NCBI RefSeq assembly: GCF_030028105.1
Contig: NC_092383.1
Span: 87,377,921-87,441,920 of the forward strand
Direction: 5' to 3'
DNA from: Mobula birostris
Lineage: Eukaryota
DNA: 64,000 nucleotides
Below the pieces are notes generated by a model. That model was not told the origin of the DNA, ran no database searches, and saw only the letters and a program-made list of their open reading frames with translations. The translations under genes and the position numbers were made by a program. This document shows positions 23,935 through 35,494 of this stretch, piece by piece (positions within the stretch are counted from its first letter, which is position 1; the number at the start of each line of letters is the position of its first letter).

Positions 23935-25427
23935 GCTGTAACATGCCATTCCAATGGTACTTAATGCACCATCCAAAGAAGGTAAGCCAGTCATACTCCT
24001 TGTTCAACACTTTGTCCACCTGTGTTGCCACTTTCAGGAACCAATGTAGTTGCACACCTCATTCCCTGCAGTGTAAGTTGTGTCCTTGTTTAATTTCCCA
24101 AAATGCCTGAGTTCAATTCCATCACCTGTTCCATTGGCCACTTTCCTAGTTCAAATTTTAAAGTAATTTTGTTACCAAACTCTGTACACTATAAACAATC
24201 GAGAGACACATCTTTTTGCAGATACCCACAAAACAAAGTAACACAATAGAATCCACGACAAACCGCACACTACATAGACTGACAAACATCTAATGTGCAA
24301 AAGAGGATGAATGGTGCAAATAATAAAAATATGTAAACAATTAACACGTGGAACATGAGACACAGAGTCCCTGAAAGTGAGTCCGCAGCTGCAGAGTCAG
24401 TTCAGCACTGAGATGAGTGAAGCCAATTCAGGAGCCCGATAGCTGCAGATCACCAGGTGCTGACAAACCTGGTGGTGTGGGCCCCAAGACTCCAGCACCT
24501 CCCACCTGATGGTAGTAGCAAGAAGAGAGGGAGACGGGTCAAATGCAGGCAGATGGAACAGGCTCAACTGGGGGTTGTTGCTGGCACAGAGTAATGGGGC
24601 TGAACACTGGATCATTTTCCAGGTCCCTTTGTAAACTTAAACAACTCTTTCCACTGTCCACTGCACTACAGTGTCATCCACACATTACTAATCATGTTAC
24701 CTACATTATCATTACAAACTATTCATATCAATGACAAATAACAGTGGTTAAGAAAAAACAGCACTGATCCCAATGGTACACCACTGGTGATAAAGTCCGA
24801 TGTTGTCAGAAAACCCACTCCTCACTATCACAATCTGACTGCTTCCATCATCAAACAAATGAGTCATATTTTTAGAGAGAAGATTTCCCACGCACAAAAT
24901 CATGTTGACTATCCCAAATCAGATCTCGCCTTTTCAAATTCAGGTAGATCCTGTCTCACACTATCACCTCCAGTAAGTTACCCACCACTGATCTTGTGCT
25001 CACCTGCCTGGAATGGGACTGAATCGGTAATCTATTGACTCAGAAATGTGGAAACACACTGAGACATTAGTGGTCAGTGGCAATGATGACTCCAATTAAA
25101 TAAAAATCATTACATGTGAAGAGCTGGGAGCACCAGATGAGGGACGTTGCTGTTGTCTTCTCAGTCAATGTGGAATTCAATTACACCAATTGATAGTGTG
25201 GCAGATTCCTTAGAACACAGCGACAGTTTTAAATAAAACAACTTTATTTAATTTTAGTCTATTCTTTATATTGTGTTTTTTTTTGTTCTCCATCAGATCC
25301 AGAGAAACAATGATTTTGTTTTCCTTTACACTTGTTACAGGAAATGACATTAAACAATCTTGAAACTTGAATCTGCTTGTGTAAATTTGATTTTACCCGT
25401 CCATTTTCTGAAGAACTTCTCCCTCAG

Positions 25428-25748
25428 TTTCAGGTGCTTTATGGGCAGAAGATAAAGTGAGAGGAGTTGTGGGAAGAGCGATCACAATCGATTGTCACTA
25501 TGCACTAATGTACCGTTCACACACAAAGTATTTGTGCCACATGTGGGATCGCCAATGCTCATTGTTAGTGAATACAAATGGGCAAAGTGAACAGTATGGA
25601 AGAACGACAATCAGAGATAGCACATCCCTGGGAATATTTACTGTTACTATGAAGAATCTTGTCTCTCAAGATACAGGACTTTACAGATGCGGAATTGTAA
25701 CATCTGGCAATCATCCAGCCTTTGACATTTATGTAGAAATTTCTGACG
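25428..25748 (+). CDS. V-type Ig exon V2 (CD300/pIgR/MDIR-like)
   Basis: ctccctcag|..|gtagg, 321 nt, phase 1-1. SGALWAEDKVRGVVGRAITIDCHY..KYLCHMWDRQC..FTVTMKNLVSQDTGLYRCG is a paralog of V1. Confidence 0.95.
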
Positions 25749-26799
25749 GTAGGTTTCTCGTATATAGACGATGTCTCCACTGAAATGTCTGATTCCTGTT
25801 TTCCCTGGTCAGAGTTAGGGCAGCGCGGATATCCTGAGGCTCGACAGTGCTGCAGAGTCCTGTGGGTTGTTGGCAAGGAACGGGGAAACCTCTCTCATGA
25901 TGCTCTCATTGAGTGCGGAGTCTGACCCACTGATGGGACACTGATTTCCAGTGGGAGGCTCAACACGTTTTCCTGCCTCTGAACTGTATGAAATGTCACC
26001 TTGTCAGAGGTTTGAGTTCAGACCAAAATTAATAACCTGATATTAACAGGTTGATGAGAAACAAGTGTTTCTCATGGTTAAATACCTTGAAATCCATAAA
26101 AAGGGAATCAGTTCCAGAGCTAAACAGACTTCATTCAGTTCTCCCACAGCAGGCTTTCCCACTACCCATCCCTGCTTCATGGACCAGTCACTCCCCCCTC
26201 TACCACATGCTGACTCTCTTTGTCTCTGTCAATGTGCTCCAGGAATCCACCGCCCAGCACCCACTGACCATCTACTTCCCAGCAGCCAGCCTCTACACCC
26301 AGCTCATTCCTTGTGAGAAATAGAGCAATGGATTTAGAGAAAACATGGGACACAGTCCAGCACAAGAATAGACTCTTTGGTTTACTTACCATGATTCCAT
26401 CGTATTGCATTGGGCTATATCCCTTCCATCCCTCCCTTTTCATATCCTTGTACAAAAACCTCTTAAATATTGTGATAATATCCTTTTCCTCCTGCCGATC
26501 TGATTGTCTGACTGTATGTTCCATGCAATCACCACCCTCAGTGTAAAAGAAAAGTTGTGTCACAAATGTCCTTTAAAATTTCCCCTGTTCACCTTAAAAC
26601 TATGCTTACAGTTATTTGATATTTCAACCCTGGGAAATAAAGATTCTGACTATTTTCCCTATCTCTGACTTCTATAAATTTATAAACTTCTACCAGGTCC
26701 TCCCTCAGCCTCCTACACTCGAGTGAAAACAAACCAAGTTTTTCCAAATATGTCCATGGCTAATACACTCCAATCCAGATAAATATGTATTGATTGATT

Positions 26800-27070
26800 G
26801 ATTGAGATATAGCGTGGAATATGCCCTTCAAGCATTGCCACCCAGCAGTCCCCAGATTTAGCCCCAGCCTAATCATGAGAAAATTTACAGTGAAAAAATT
26901 AACCTACCAACCGGTAGGTCTTTGGACTGTGGGATGAAACCGGAGCACTTGGAGGAGTCCCATGTGGTCACAGGGAGAAAGAACACATTTGGAACAGTCA
27001 GTGGCAGGAATTGAACTCAGTCGCTGGTACTGTAAAGCATTGTGGTAACCGTTATGCTGTGTGACGCCCC
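26800..27070 (-). mobile_element. tRNA-derived SINE (HE1-like); related copies at about 30430-30720(+), 32750-33020(-) and 33600-33840(-)
   Basis: The minus strand starts with a tRNA-like head (..ggttaccacaatgctttacagtaccagcgactgagttcaattcc). A shared body gtttcctccgggtgctccggtttc-like recurs in the other copies. Confidence 0.65.
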
Positions 27071-27379
27071 GGTGACATTCTAGTGAACCTCTTCACCCTC
27101 TCCAAAATACTCACATCTTTTCTGCAGTGTTACACCAGAAATACATATTATGTTCCAAATGTGGCCGAACCAAAATTTTATGAAGCTACAAAATGCCTTA
27201 TCAGCCTCAGTCTCCAACATGTAGAATGAAGAAGGCAAATGTACAGAATGTTTTCATTACCATTATGTCCACTTACGTTGGTACTTGCAGGGAGCAATGG
27301 ACTTGTACACCAAGAATCTCTGTACATCAACTCTAAAGAAATCCAGATATTAAATTCTAGATGAAGTCAATCCTCCCTA

Positions 27380-27790
27380 TTGTATGTGGAGTATTTGAAG
27401 GCCCTGGGCCTGAATTTGATGGAGTTTAGAAGAATGAGGGAGGATCTCATGGAAAGCTATCAAGTATTGCAAAGCCCAGTGGATGTGGAGAGGATGTTTC
27501 CAACATCTAGAGTGCACAGACTCAGAATAAAAGTATCTTCTTTAAAGGAGAGATGAGGTGGAAGTTCTTCAGCCTGAAGTTGGTGAATCTGTGGACTTCA
27601 TTGCAGCTTTGGAGGCCAAATCATTGGGTACATTTAAAGCAGAGGTTGATTAATAAGGGTATCAAAGGTTACAGAGAGAAGGCCGGAGAATAGATGAAGA
27701 GGGATAATAAATCAGCCATGATTGAATGGTGGAGCAGACTCGATGGACTGAATGGCCTATTTCTGCTCCTATATCTTATGGTCTTATGGC
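27380..27790 (+). mobile_element. CR1 LINE 3' end
   Basis: Decayed RT C-terminus followed by the (ttatggtc)n-type tail at about 27775-27790. Confidence 0.7.
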
Positions 27791-28278
27791 CTACGGTCCT
27801 TCTAGTTCTCTAGTCACATATGATTTCTTATTGGCTTCATATCAATATCAATACTCATGGGTTCCTTTGCTGCTGTCGGTCACTGAAACCAATAACAATT
27901 ATACTCTGTCCCAAAAGTCACCATTCATTTTGTACATATCTGACAATTTCCTGCTTTCACATGATGGGGAGTTTTCCAGGACACACATAAACGTTGCCAT
28001 TCCAACGTCAAACTGTTGGGTGCCACTTTAGACTGTCTCCTTGATGCTGAGAGAGATTGTAACTCTGATTTTCTCACTGACACATACTCAGTGTCATCCC
28101 TGCTGTCCTGATTTGGAGTCCTGCAGACATGGCAGTTCAGGCAGATGCGAGGACGCAGAGACACAGAGAGGTAAATAAGCTGCTGAGATTTCAAACTGGT
28201 TGCTCCTGGTCGAGATACAGACCTGCTGAAGTCTTTAATGCGCTTGATTTTCAGATATTCACTGATTCTTTTCCACAG

Positions 28279-28596
28279 ACCCCGTGTCTGTTCCTTTGCT
28301 TCGTTTTTCACCACCAAGTGGCTCAAGTTGTGCGGACTCTGTGTCAGTGTCCTGTGAGTCTGTCCATGGATCCCTTCCCATTCAGTACTCGTGGTATGAA
28401 AAGACGCCATCTGTGGATTCAAAGATCGCTGACACAAATAAACTGGATCTACATTGCCAATCCATAAAATACAAAAATCATCTGTATTATTGCAAAGCCT
28501 CAAATACTAAAGGAGAAAAGTCCAGTGAAGTGGTCAATGTGTCCATCTCCAACAGTGTCAGCACCTGCAGAAATGTGATTGAAGTCAACAGCATGG
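28279..28596 (+). CDS. C2-type Ig exon C2b
   Basis: ttttccacag|..|gtaagt, 318 nt, phase 1-1. PVSVPLLRFSPP..SVSCESVHGSLPIQYSWY..LHCQS..LYYCKASN.KG..SEVVNVSI..STCRN. Confidence 0.95.
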
Positions 28597-29869
28597 GTAA
28601 GTGACTTTGATCCTTTATGATAGTCAATGGGGTACATTTGAATGATTGATATGTGCTGGATATTGTGTGTTGGAACTTCACTCAGGATCATGGAGTGTAT
28701 GTTGTCACCACCTTTCAGAGAATGAAAAGCTTTTCGGCACAGCAGTTCAAACGTCAGTCTCTCAGCACAGGGTCTCCTGTCTCTGATCTGACTCTTGCTG
28801 GCTGGGTGTGAATGTGTCTCATCTGGTAATATTTCTGGCCATTCATTAAGATAGTCCCTCTGAGATAAACTACTTCAAAGTTTAAAGTAAGTTAATTATC
28901 AAAGTATATACATTTGTCACCACATACTACCCTGAGATCCACTTTCTTGCAGGCATTCAGAATAGATACAAATAAATAAAACAGAACCAATGAAAACCAC
29001 ACACCATCAAAGATGTATAAACAACCATTGTCAAAAAGAAGAAAAACTGTGCAAATATAAAAGAAACAAATTATTAATAAGTAAAAAAATGATATTGAGA
29101 GCATAAGTTAAAGATATCTTGAAAGTGAGTCCATTGGTTGTGGAATTGATTTGTGTTGAAGTGAGAGGAGTTATCCAGGCTGACTTAGGAGGCTGATGGT
29201 TGAAGGTTAATAACTGATTCTGAACCTGGTGGGGTGAGACCTTCTTCTCAATGGCAACAGTGACAAGAATTTCAGAGAGAAGATTTGAGGAAAGGAACAA
29301 ACATGAGACTACAAGGATACAGGGTCATTATCAGTTGGGAGCCAAAGTTCAAAGTAGATTTAGTATTGAAGTATGTATACCATGTACAACTTTGAGATTT
29401 GTCTCATGACAGGCAGCCACAGAACAAAGAAACTCAAAAGAACCAATTAAAAAAAAGACAATCAGACACCCAATGTTCAAAAAAACATAATCAATTAAAC
29501 AATTATAGTAAGCAAATAACATTCAGGACTGAAGTTCTGGTAAATGAGTCCACAGCAATGAAAACAGTCACAGCTAGTCTCGGAGCCCTTTAAATACAGG
29601 CTACAGCCTCGGTTCAGCACATAGACGAGTAATCCTTGAGGAGCAGTTAGCCTCACATCAGTCCATCCCTATTCCCCTGCCCTGACACACTGACCTTTTC
29701 AATCTGGCCTGGTGTTTATATCAGGATCGTTCCATCCTCTCTGAATCGAGGCCCTGCCTCTTCAATATACTCTCATGCCCATGACCTAAATCATCAATTA
29801 GGACTGTACCTGACCTTTCCAATCTAACCGGGCACTAAAATTGGTCGGGCATCAGTGTGTTCCTTGGTC

Positions 29870-30420
29870 TTCAGGCCACCAGCGTTGTACGCAGTTTTGG
29901 TCTAATGAAAGATGTTCTTGTTCTGGACAGAGGTGAGCAAAAGATCAGCAGACACAAGGAAACCTGCAGGTGCTGGAAATTCAAGCAACACACATAAAAG
30001 TTGCTGGTGGATGCAGCAGGCCAGGCAACATCTCCAGGAAACGGTACAGTCGACGTTTGAGATGCTACCTGGCCTGCTATATTCACCAGCAACTTTTATA
30101 TGTGTTGCTTAAAAGATCAGCAGACTGATTTCTGGAATGCCACAAGTGGTTGATAAGGTTTTTATTTGCTGGAGTTCAGCAGGCTGAGAGGTGTGCATTG
30201 CCCCTTTTCCCTCCAAACATGCCAATATGAATTCCTGCCAGGAAGTTCAACTTTTTTCTCACTTGTCCACAGAACATTCTCCCAAAATCGTTGTAGAACA
30301 TCCAGGTGGTCTTTTGCAAACTTGAGATGTTTTTTGTTGGAGAACAGTGGTTTCCTCCATGGTGGCCTTCCATGAACACCATTCTAGTTCAGTATTTTTC
30401 TTACAGTGGACACGTGCAAT
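29870..30420 (-). mobile_element. Tc1-type transposase relic interrupted by a 157-bp insertion
   Basis: The minus-strand translation matches the Tc1 FW.NVLW.DE.K.ELFG..WRK.G region and C-terminal segment. A 15-bp duplicated target flanks the insert at 29954-30110. Confidence 0.65.
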
Positions 30421-30984
30421 AAGCATAACATTATTAGAGTGCCAGCGATCAGTGATGGGGGTCCAATTCCCACCAATGTTTACATTCTCCCAGTGACTCT
30501 GTGGGTTTCCTCTGGGTGCTCCGGTTTCCTCTCGCATTCCAAAGATGCACAGGTTGGTATTAGTAATTCGCAGGTAAGCTATTTTGGCTCTGGAAGCATG
30601 GAACACTTGCCAGCTGCCCCCAGCACATAATCTATGTTGGTCGTTTTTATAAACGATGCATTTCACTGTGTGCTCTGATGTATATGTGACAAGTAAATCT
30701 CATCTTTAATCTTTAAATGTGCATTGAGTAAGAGATCACTTTTGGTTCACCATGCTCAAGTACTATTGGTCCAACAATTCTGTCTCTTATTCTTTCAAGT
30801 ACAACCAGTTGAAATTTCCGAAATACTGATGAAGGGCCTCGGCCAGAAACTTTAACTATTTACTCTTTTCCATTAATAGTGCATGGCCTGCTGAGTTCCT
30901 CCAGCATGTTGTATGTGTTGATTGGATTTCCAGCATCTGCAGATTTTCTCTTGTTTGAAATTGAATTTTATTTTCTTTTAACAG

Positions 30985-31063
30985 GGCCAATTCATTTCTG
31001 TGAAAATGCCGTGACACAATTCATGACAACTGCACAAAGGGAAGAATCTTCATCATATAAAAT
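30985..31063 (+). CDS. Stalk exon (GPIHFCENAVTQFMTTAQREESSSYK)
   Basis: ttttcttttaacag|..AT|gtaaag, 79 nt, phase 1 to 2. It links C2b in frame to the TM exon. Confidence 0.75.
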
Positions 31064-32004
31064 GTAAAGTATAAGGTTCCCTGTACAGATGTTTCACTAC
31101 TACTGCTTCCAAACAGAGCCAGTTGGGAGAGAAATCTGTTTTTGACATGATTAACTTCAATGAATTTATGAATTAGAAACTGAGTACTCCTCATTTTCCT
31201 GTACAGGCATCAAGCCTGAGATCAAAGATAATCTTCTTTCCCAAAACATTTAATAATTGAAGCATAGCAGTTCATTTCTAGTCATCTCATTATGGGAAGG
31301 ATGTAAAAGCTTCAGAATAGACTTACCAGGATGCTACCTGGTATAGACGTGTGCCAATAGGTTGAGTGAGCTAGGGCTTTTCATTTTGGACAGAAGGGTG
31401 ATGAGAGGTATTCAGATAATAAATTTTCTTTGAACTTTAAGATGAGAAGACGTAATTTTAGTTATGGGGGAAAATATAGGTGGGATGTCAGATGTAGGTT
31501 TCTGACACAGAGAGTGGCAAGTATTTGGAATGTGCTTCTAGGTACAGGTAGAGACAAGTTTGTTTGGGAAATTTAAGATAGGCACATGAGGAAAGGAATA
31601 TAAAAGGCTATGTGGGAGGAAAGGGTTAGATTAATATCGGAATAGTTTAAAGAGCCAGCACAACATGGTGGGCCGAAGAGTCTGTATGTTGCTGTGCTGT
31701 TCTATGTTCTATCTGCTTTTCCCTTACATATTTGGTTTTTTTATTTGTTTCCTTCTCTATTATCATCATAAAGTGAATTTTATCTTGCTTACATCAACTT
31801 ACTTTTCCTACATATTTTGGTTAATTTACCCTCTAAATCGAGTATTCCCAACCTGGGGTCCATAAACCCCTTCCTTAATGGTATTAGTCCATAGCATAAA
31901 AAAGGTTGGAACCCTTGCTCTAAATGTTCAAATTTGCAAATTCCCTTCATTATCTCTTTAGCCATTGTGTTACAAGTGAGTCCCTTCTACATTGTTGATC
32001 TTAA

Positions 32005-32690
32005 CTCCTCTATTAGATTATGATGACATGCAGTCCTCTTTTATTGTTATTTAGTAATGCATGCATTAGGAAATGATACAATTTGTTCCTCCAGAATGAT
32101 ATCACAGAAGCACAAGAAAAACCAAGGCTAAAAAAAACCTGACAAAAACCACGTAATTATAACATATAGTTACAACAGTGCAAGCAATACTGTAATTTGA
32201 TAGAAGAACAGACCATGGGCACAGTAAAAAAAGTCTCAAAGTCTCTCGAAAGACCCATCATCTCACGCAGATGGTAGAAGGAAGAAAACTCTTACTGCCA
32301 TGAGCTTCCAGCACCGCAAACCTGCCGATGCAGCACCCTGGAAGCACCTGACGACAGTCCAACTCCGAGACTGTCCGAAAACTTCGAGCCTCCGACCAGC
32401 TCTCCGACACAGAGCACCATCTCTGCCGAGCGCATTGAGCCCGGCCCTGGCAACAGGCAATAGGCAAAGCCAAGGATTTGGGGCCTTCCCCTCCGGAGAT
32501 TCTCGATCGCACAGTAGCAACGGCAGCGAAGCAGGCATTTCAGAAGTTTCTCCACATGTTCCTCCGTGCTTCTCACGGCAATCTCCCTCAAATCAAGATT
32601 GTGCACGGCATCCTACTTCACAAATACGATATCAATTTGGTGCGGCCGCGTGCGCTGCGTCACGTCGCCATCTTCTGCTCCCCCTACCAC
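32005..32690 (-). mobile_element. Short non-autonomous retroelement
   Basis: The minus strand begins AAGATGGCG and ends with AATAAAAGAGGACTGC..cataatctaat. Homologous to 12010-12345. Confidence 0.6.
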
Positions 32691-34177
32691 TGTACTTATT
32701 CACTGTATTTCCACACCTACCACTGTGTTTTCTTATTTATTCTCTTTACTGAGATATAGTGTGGAATAGGCCTTTCCAGCCCTTTGAGCCGCACCACCCA
32801 GCAACCCTCAATTTTAACCTCAGCCTAATCACAGGACATACTACACAACCAATTAATTAACTGACCAATATGTCCTTGGATTCTGGTAGGAAACTGGAGC
32901 ACCAAGGGAAAATGAACACATTCCATGAGGAGGACAGACAGACTCTTTACAGATCACATTGGTGTTGAACTCTGAATCCCAAAGCCGTAATAGCATCATG
33001 CCATGGTGCCCAAGGGATACTGAGATTTTTGAAATCATCCCCGGTTACTTTTCTGAAGGTTTTTTTAAATTGTCCTTATTTATCTGTGTATTCTATCCCC
33101 CAACTCCCTTCTTAAGACACGTATGGATCATTTATCAGTTTTCATACAGTATCTGTCAGCAAGGTTTCATAGCCGATCTTCTAAAGGTGATGTCCTCTGT
33201 GTCTTCTTTCGGCAAGATTGTCTATATTTGTCACATGTACATTGAGACATACATTGAAAAGCTGTCAGGCCTGCTCATAAAGGAACCTCCCAATCTTCAT
33301 CTGACTAATAGAATTCACCTGCCCCTCATTCTGGACTCATTACCTGCAGCCTATTTAACCCAGTTCTCATCCACAGTCCTTGTTCACTCATCAAACCAAC
33401 TGGCCTTCACTCTCCATGCATAAAGTTTACCTTGTTGCCTGCTGTGTTCATTTTCTGGTCTTTCTTGTTTTGTGTCCACTCATCACTTGTTATTTTATTA
33501 TCTATTAGTAAAGTATCATTTACTGCTAAATTGTCTCTGCTGCTCGATTTTGGTCAGGCCTCATCTATTTTTCCTGACAAATGCATCATTTTACATCAAA
33601 CTAAGTCAGCAAAGATTTTGTTGGGCAGCCCACAAGTGTTGCCACACTTCCGATACCAACATCACACACCAACAGCAAACTTACCCTCACTCATATGTCT
33701 TTGGAATAATGGAGGAAACTGGTGCCCCTGGATGAAGCCCATGCAGTCACTGGGGGAAAGTACAAACTCCTTACAGACAGTAGCAAGAATTAAACCCAAT
33801 GTTACAGCTGACAGTTATAAATCATTATGCTAACCACAACGGACCATTTCAACGACATTACATTATCCCCAGTCTCATCGTTACCCAACCTCATTATTTC
33901 CTTCCCTGCCATTCCTAAATCTTTCTGCATTATCCACTGTCACAACATACAGTATCTGCAGTCGTGTTTCGGCAATTATGTCGCCAAATGAAGATCATAG
34001 GTTATCTTCCCTCCCTCAGTCCAGCATCAGATTAATCTCCCAGCTGAACTTCCCTGGCCTTGCTGCTTTCATTGCTCCACTTCACTAATTTCACAGAGGA
34101 TCCAGGAGGTAAATATTTCAAATGCAAAGGTGTCTTCTCTTCTACTACTGACTCTATATCTCTTCCCCTTTGTTCAG

Positions 34178-34268
34178 TTACATGATCTGGAACATGGGGC
34201 GCTGGCTGTTCTTTGCTCTGCTGGGGATCTGCACTATCGCTGTCACATCGTTCACAAGAGACAAGAAG
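34178..34268 (+). CDS. Transmembrane exon (IYMIWNMGRWLFFALLGICTIAVTSFTRDKK)
   Basis: cccctttgttcag|..AAG|gtaagt, 91 nt, phase 2 to 0. Hydrophobic stretch with an Arg (34200-34202) in an N-x-x-R context, followed by basic stop-transfer residues. Confidence 0.85.
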
Positions 34269-35074
34269 GTAAGTCTAGGTCAGTAGATGCTCCCGAATGG
34301 TTTCCATGAATTAGAACATAGAACATTGAACACTACAGCACAGGAAATGTACGTTGGCCCACTATGTTGTGCTGACCTCTTAACCTACTCTAGGATCAAT
34401 CTAACCCGTCTGTCCTATATAGTCTTCAATTTTTCTGTGATCCATGCATTCTTTGGAAGAGTTTCTTAGATGCTGCTAATGTATCCGCCTCTACCACAAA
34501 CCCTGGTAGGATCCTTCACGTACCTACATCTCTCTGTGTAAAAAACTTACCTCTGGCATTCCCTCGATGCATTTCTCCAATCACCTTAAATTATTCCCCC
34601 TCATATTAGACATTACTGCCCTTGGAAAGTGTATCTGGCTACGCAATCAATATATGCCTCTTATTCTTACACTTCAAGGTATAATACTTGCCATCCTCCT
34701 TTGCGCCAAATTACTTCAAATATGTTGGATATTTAAAGGTAAAAAAGCATTCACAAATGAACTTTAAACTTTTTGTCAAACCAGTATTCCATGAAGATGA
34801 TATACTTTAAGCAGGTTTTCATGCTCTGTCCATGTGTAGAATGAAGTCCAGTGCTCTACAAGAAAATGTATTGGACACCGTGTTTCGGACAGAATTCTGT
34901 TGCCAGTTGCCCACATGAAATGTAAATCAAAGTCAACGTCCACTTTATTGTCCAATGCACAAGCACGTGTATGCATCAGTACAATGAATGCAACATCACA
35001 GGTGCATAGAATCATGCAGTATTGCATGGTTCCCTGTGTCAATCAATCTGATAATTTCACTTTTGCTTTTATAG

Positions 35075-35170
35075 AGATCTGATCAATCAGATCCTCACCG
35101 CCTGGTCCAAGAGAAAAAGAGAAGGATCCCAGATTTCACCGACCGTGGGGGAGTTTTGCACCAAGAATAA
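35075..35170 (+). CDS. Terminal cytoplasmic exon (RSDQSDPHRLVQEKKRRIPDFTDRGGVLHQE*)
   Basis: ttttgcttttatag| acceptor, phase 0, stop TAA at 35168-35170. No tyrosine. Confidence 0.65.
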   Translation, partial: RSDQSDPHRLVQEKKRRIPDFTDRGGVLHQE

Positions 35171-35488
35171 TTGTCATTATTCATCCTGCTTTGTGAAACT
35201 TTTATACAGAATGAATCTCTTGTCATTAAATCATTGAATTGCATTAATGAATTTGAAATGAAACAAAAAATCTTGTCATGCTTCAGGATAATGGCTTCGT
35301 TTGATAGAAATTCACCAGCAGCACTTCAGCTGTGCTGATCTTAACAATGCGATACCTTCTCAAGATTTCTTGCTTCACCCCAGCATCAATTTTTAACCTT
35401 TTTATGATCGTGAACTGTTAGAAATTCTTATACTATGTTGAAATCTGTTCTGTACTTTCAAATTACTGTATTCACTGTAGTTTATTTG

Positions 35489-35494
35489 AATAAA
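35489..35494 (+). terminator. Candidate polyadenylation signal of the receptor gene
   Basis: AATAAA about 320 nt after the stop, in an AT-rich 3' UTR. Confidence 0.45.

Noticed and set aside
25168-25204. ATGTGGAATTCAATTACACCAATTGATAGTGTGGCAG as a leader exon for V2
   Set aside because: It has the same register as the family leader, but the peptide (MWNSITPIDSVA) is not hydrophobic, the donor is AT rather than GT, and the flanks do not match the A/D leaders. At best a dead relic, possibly chance.
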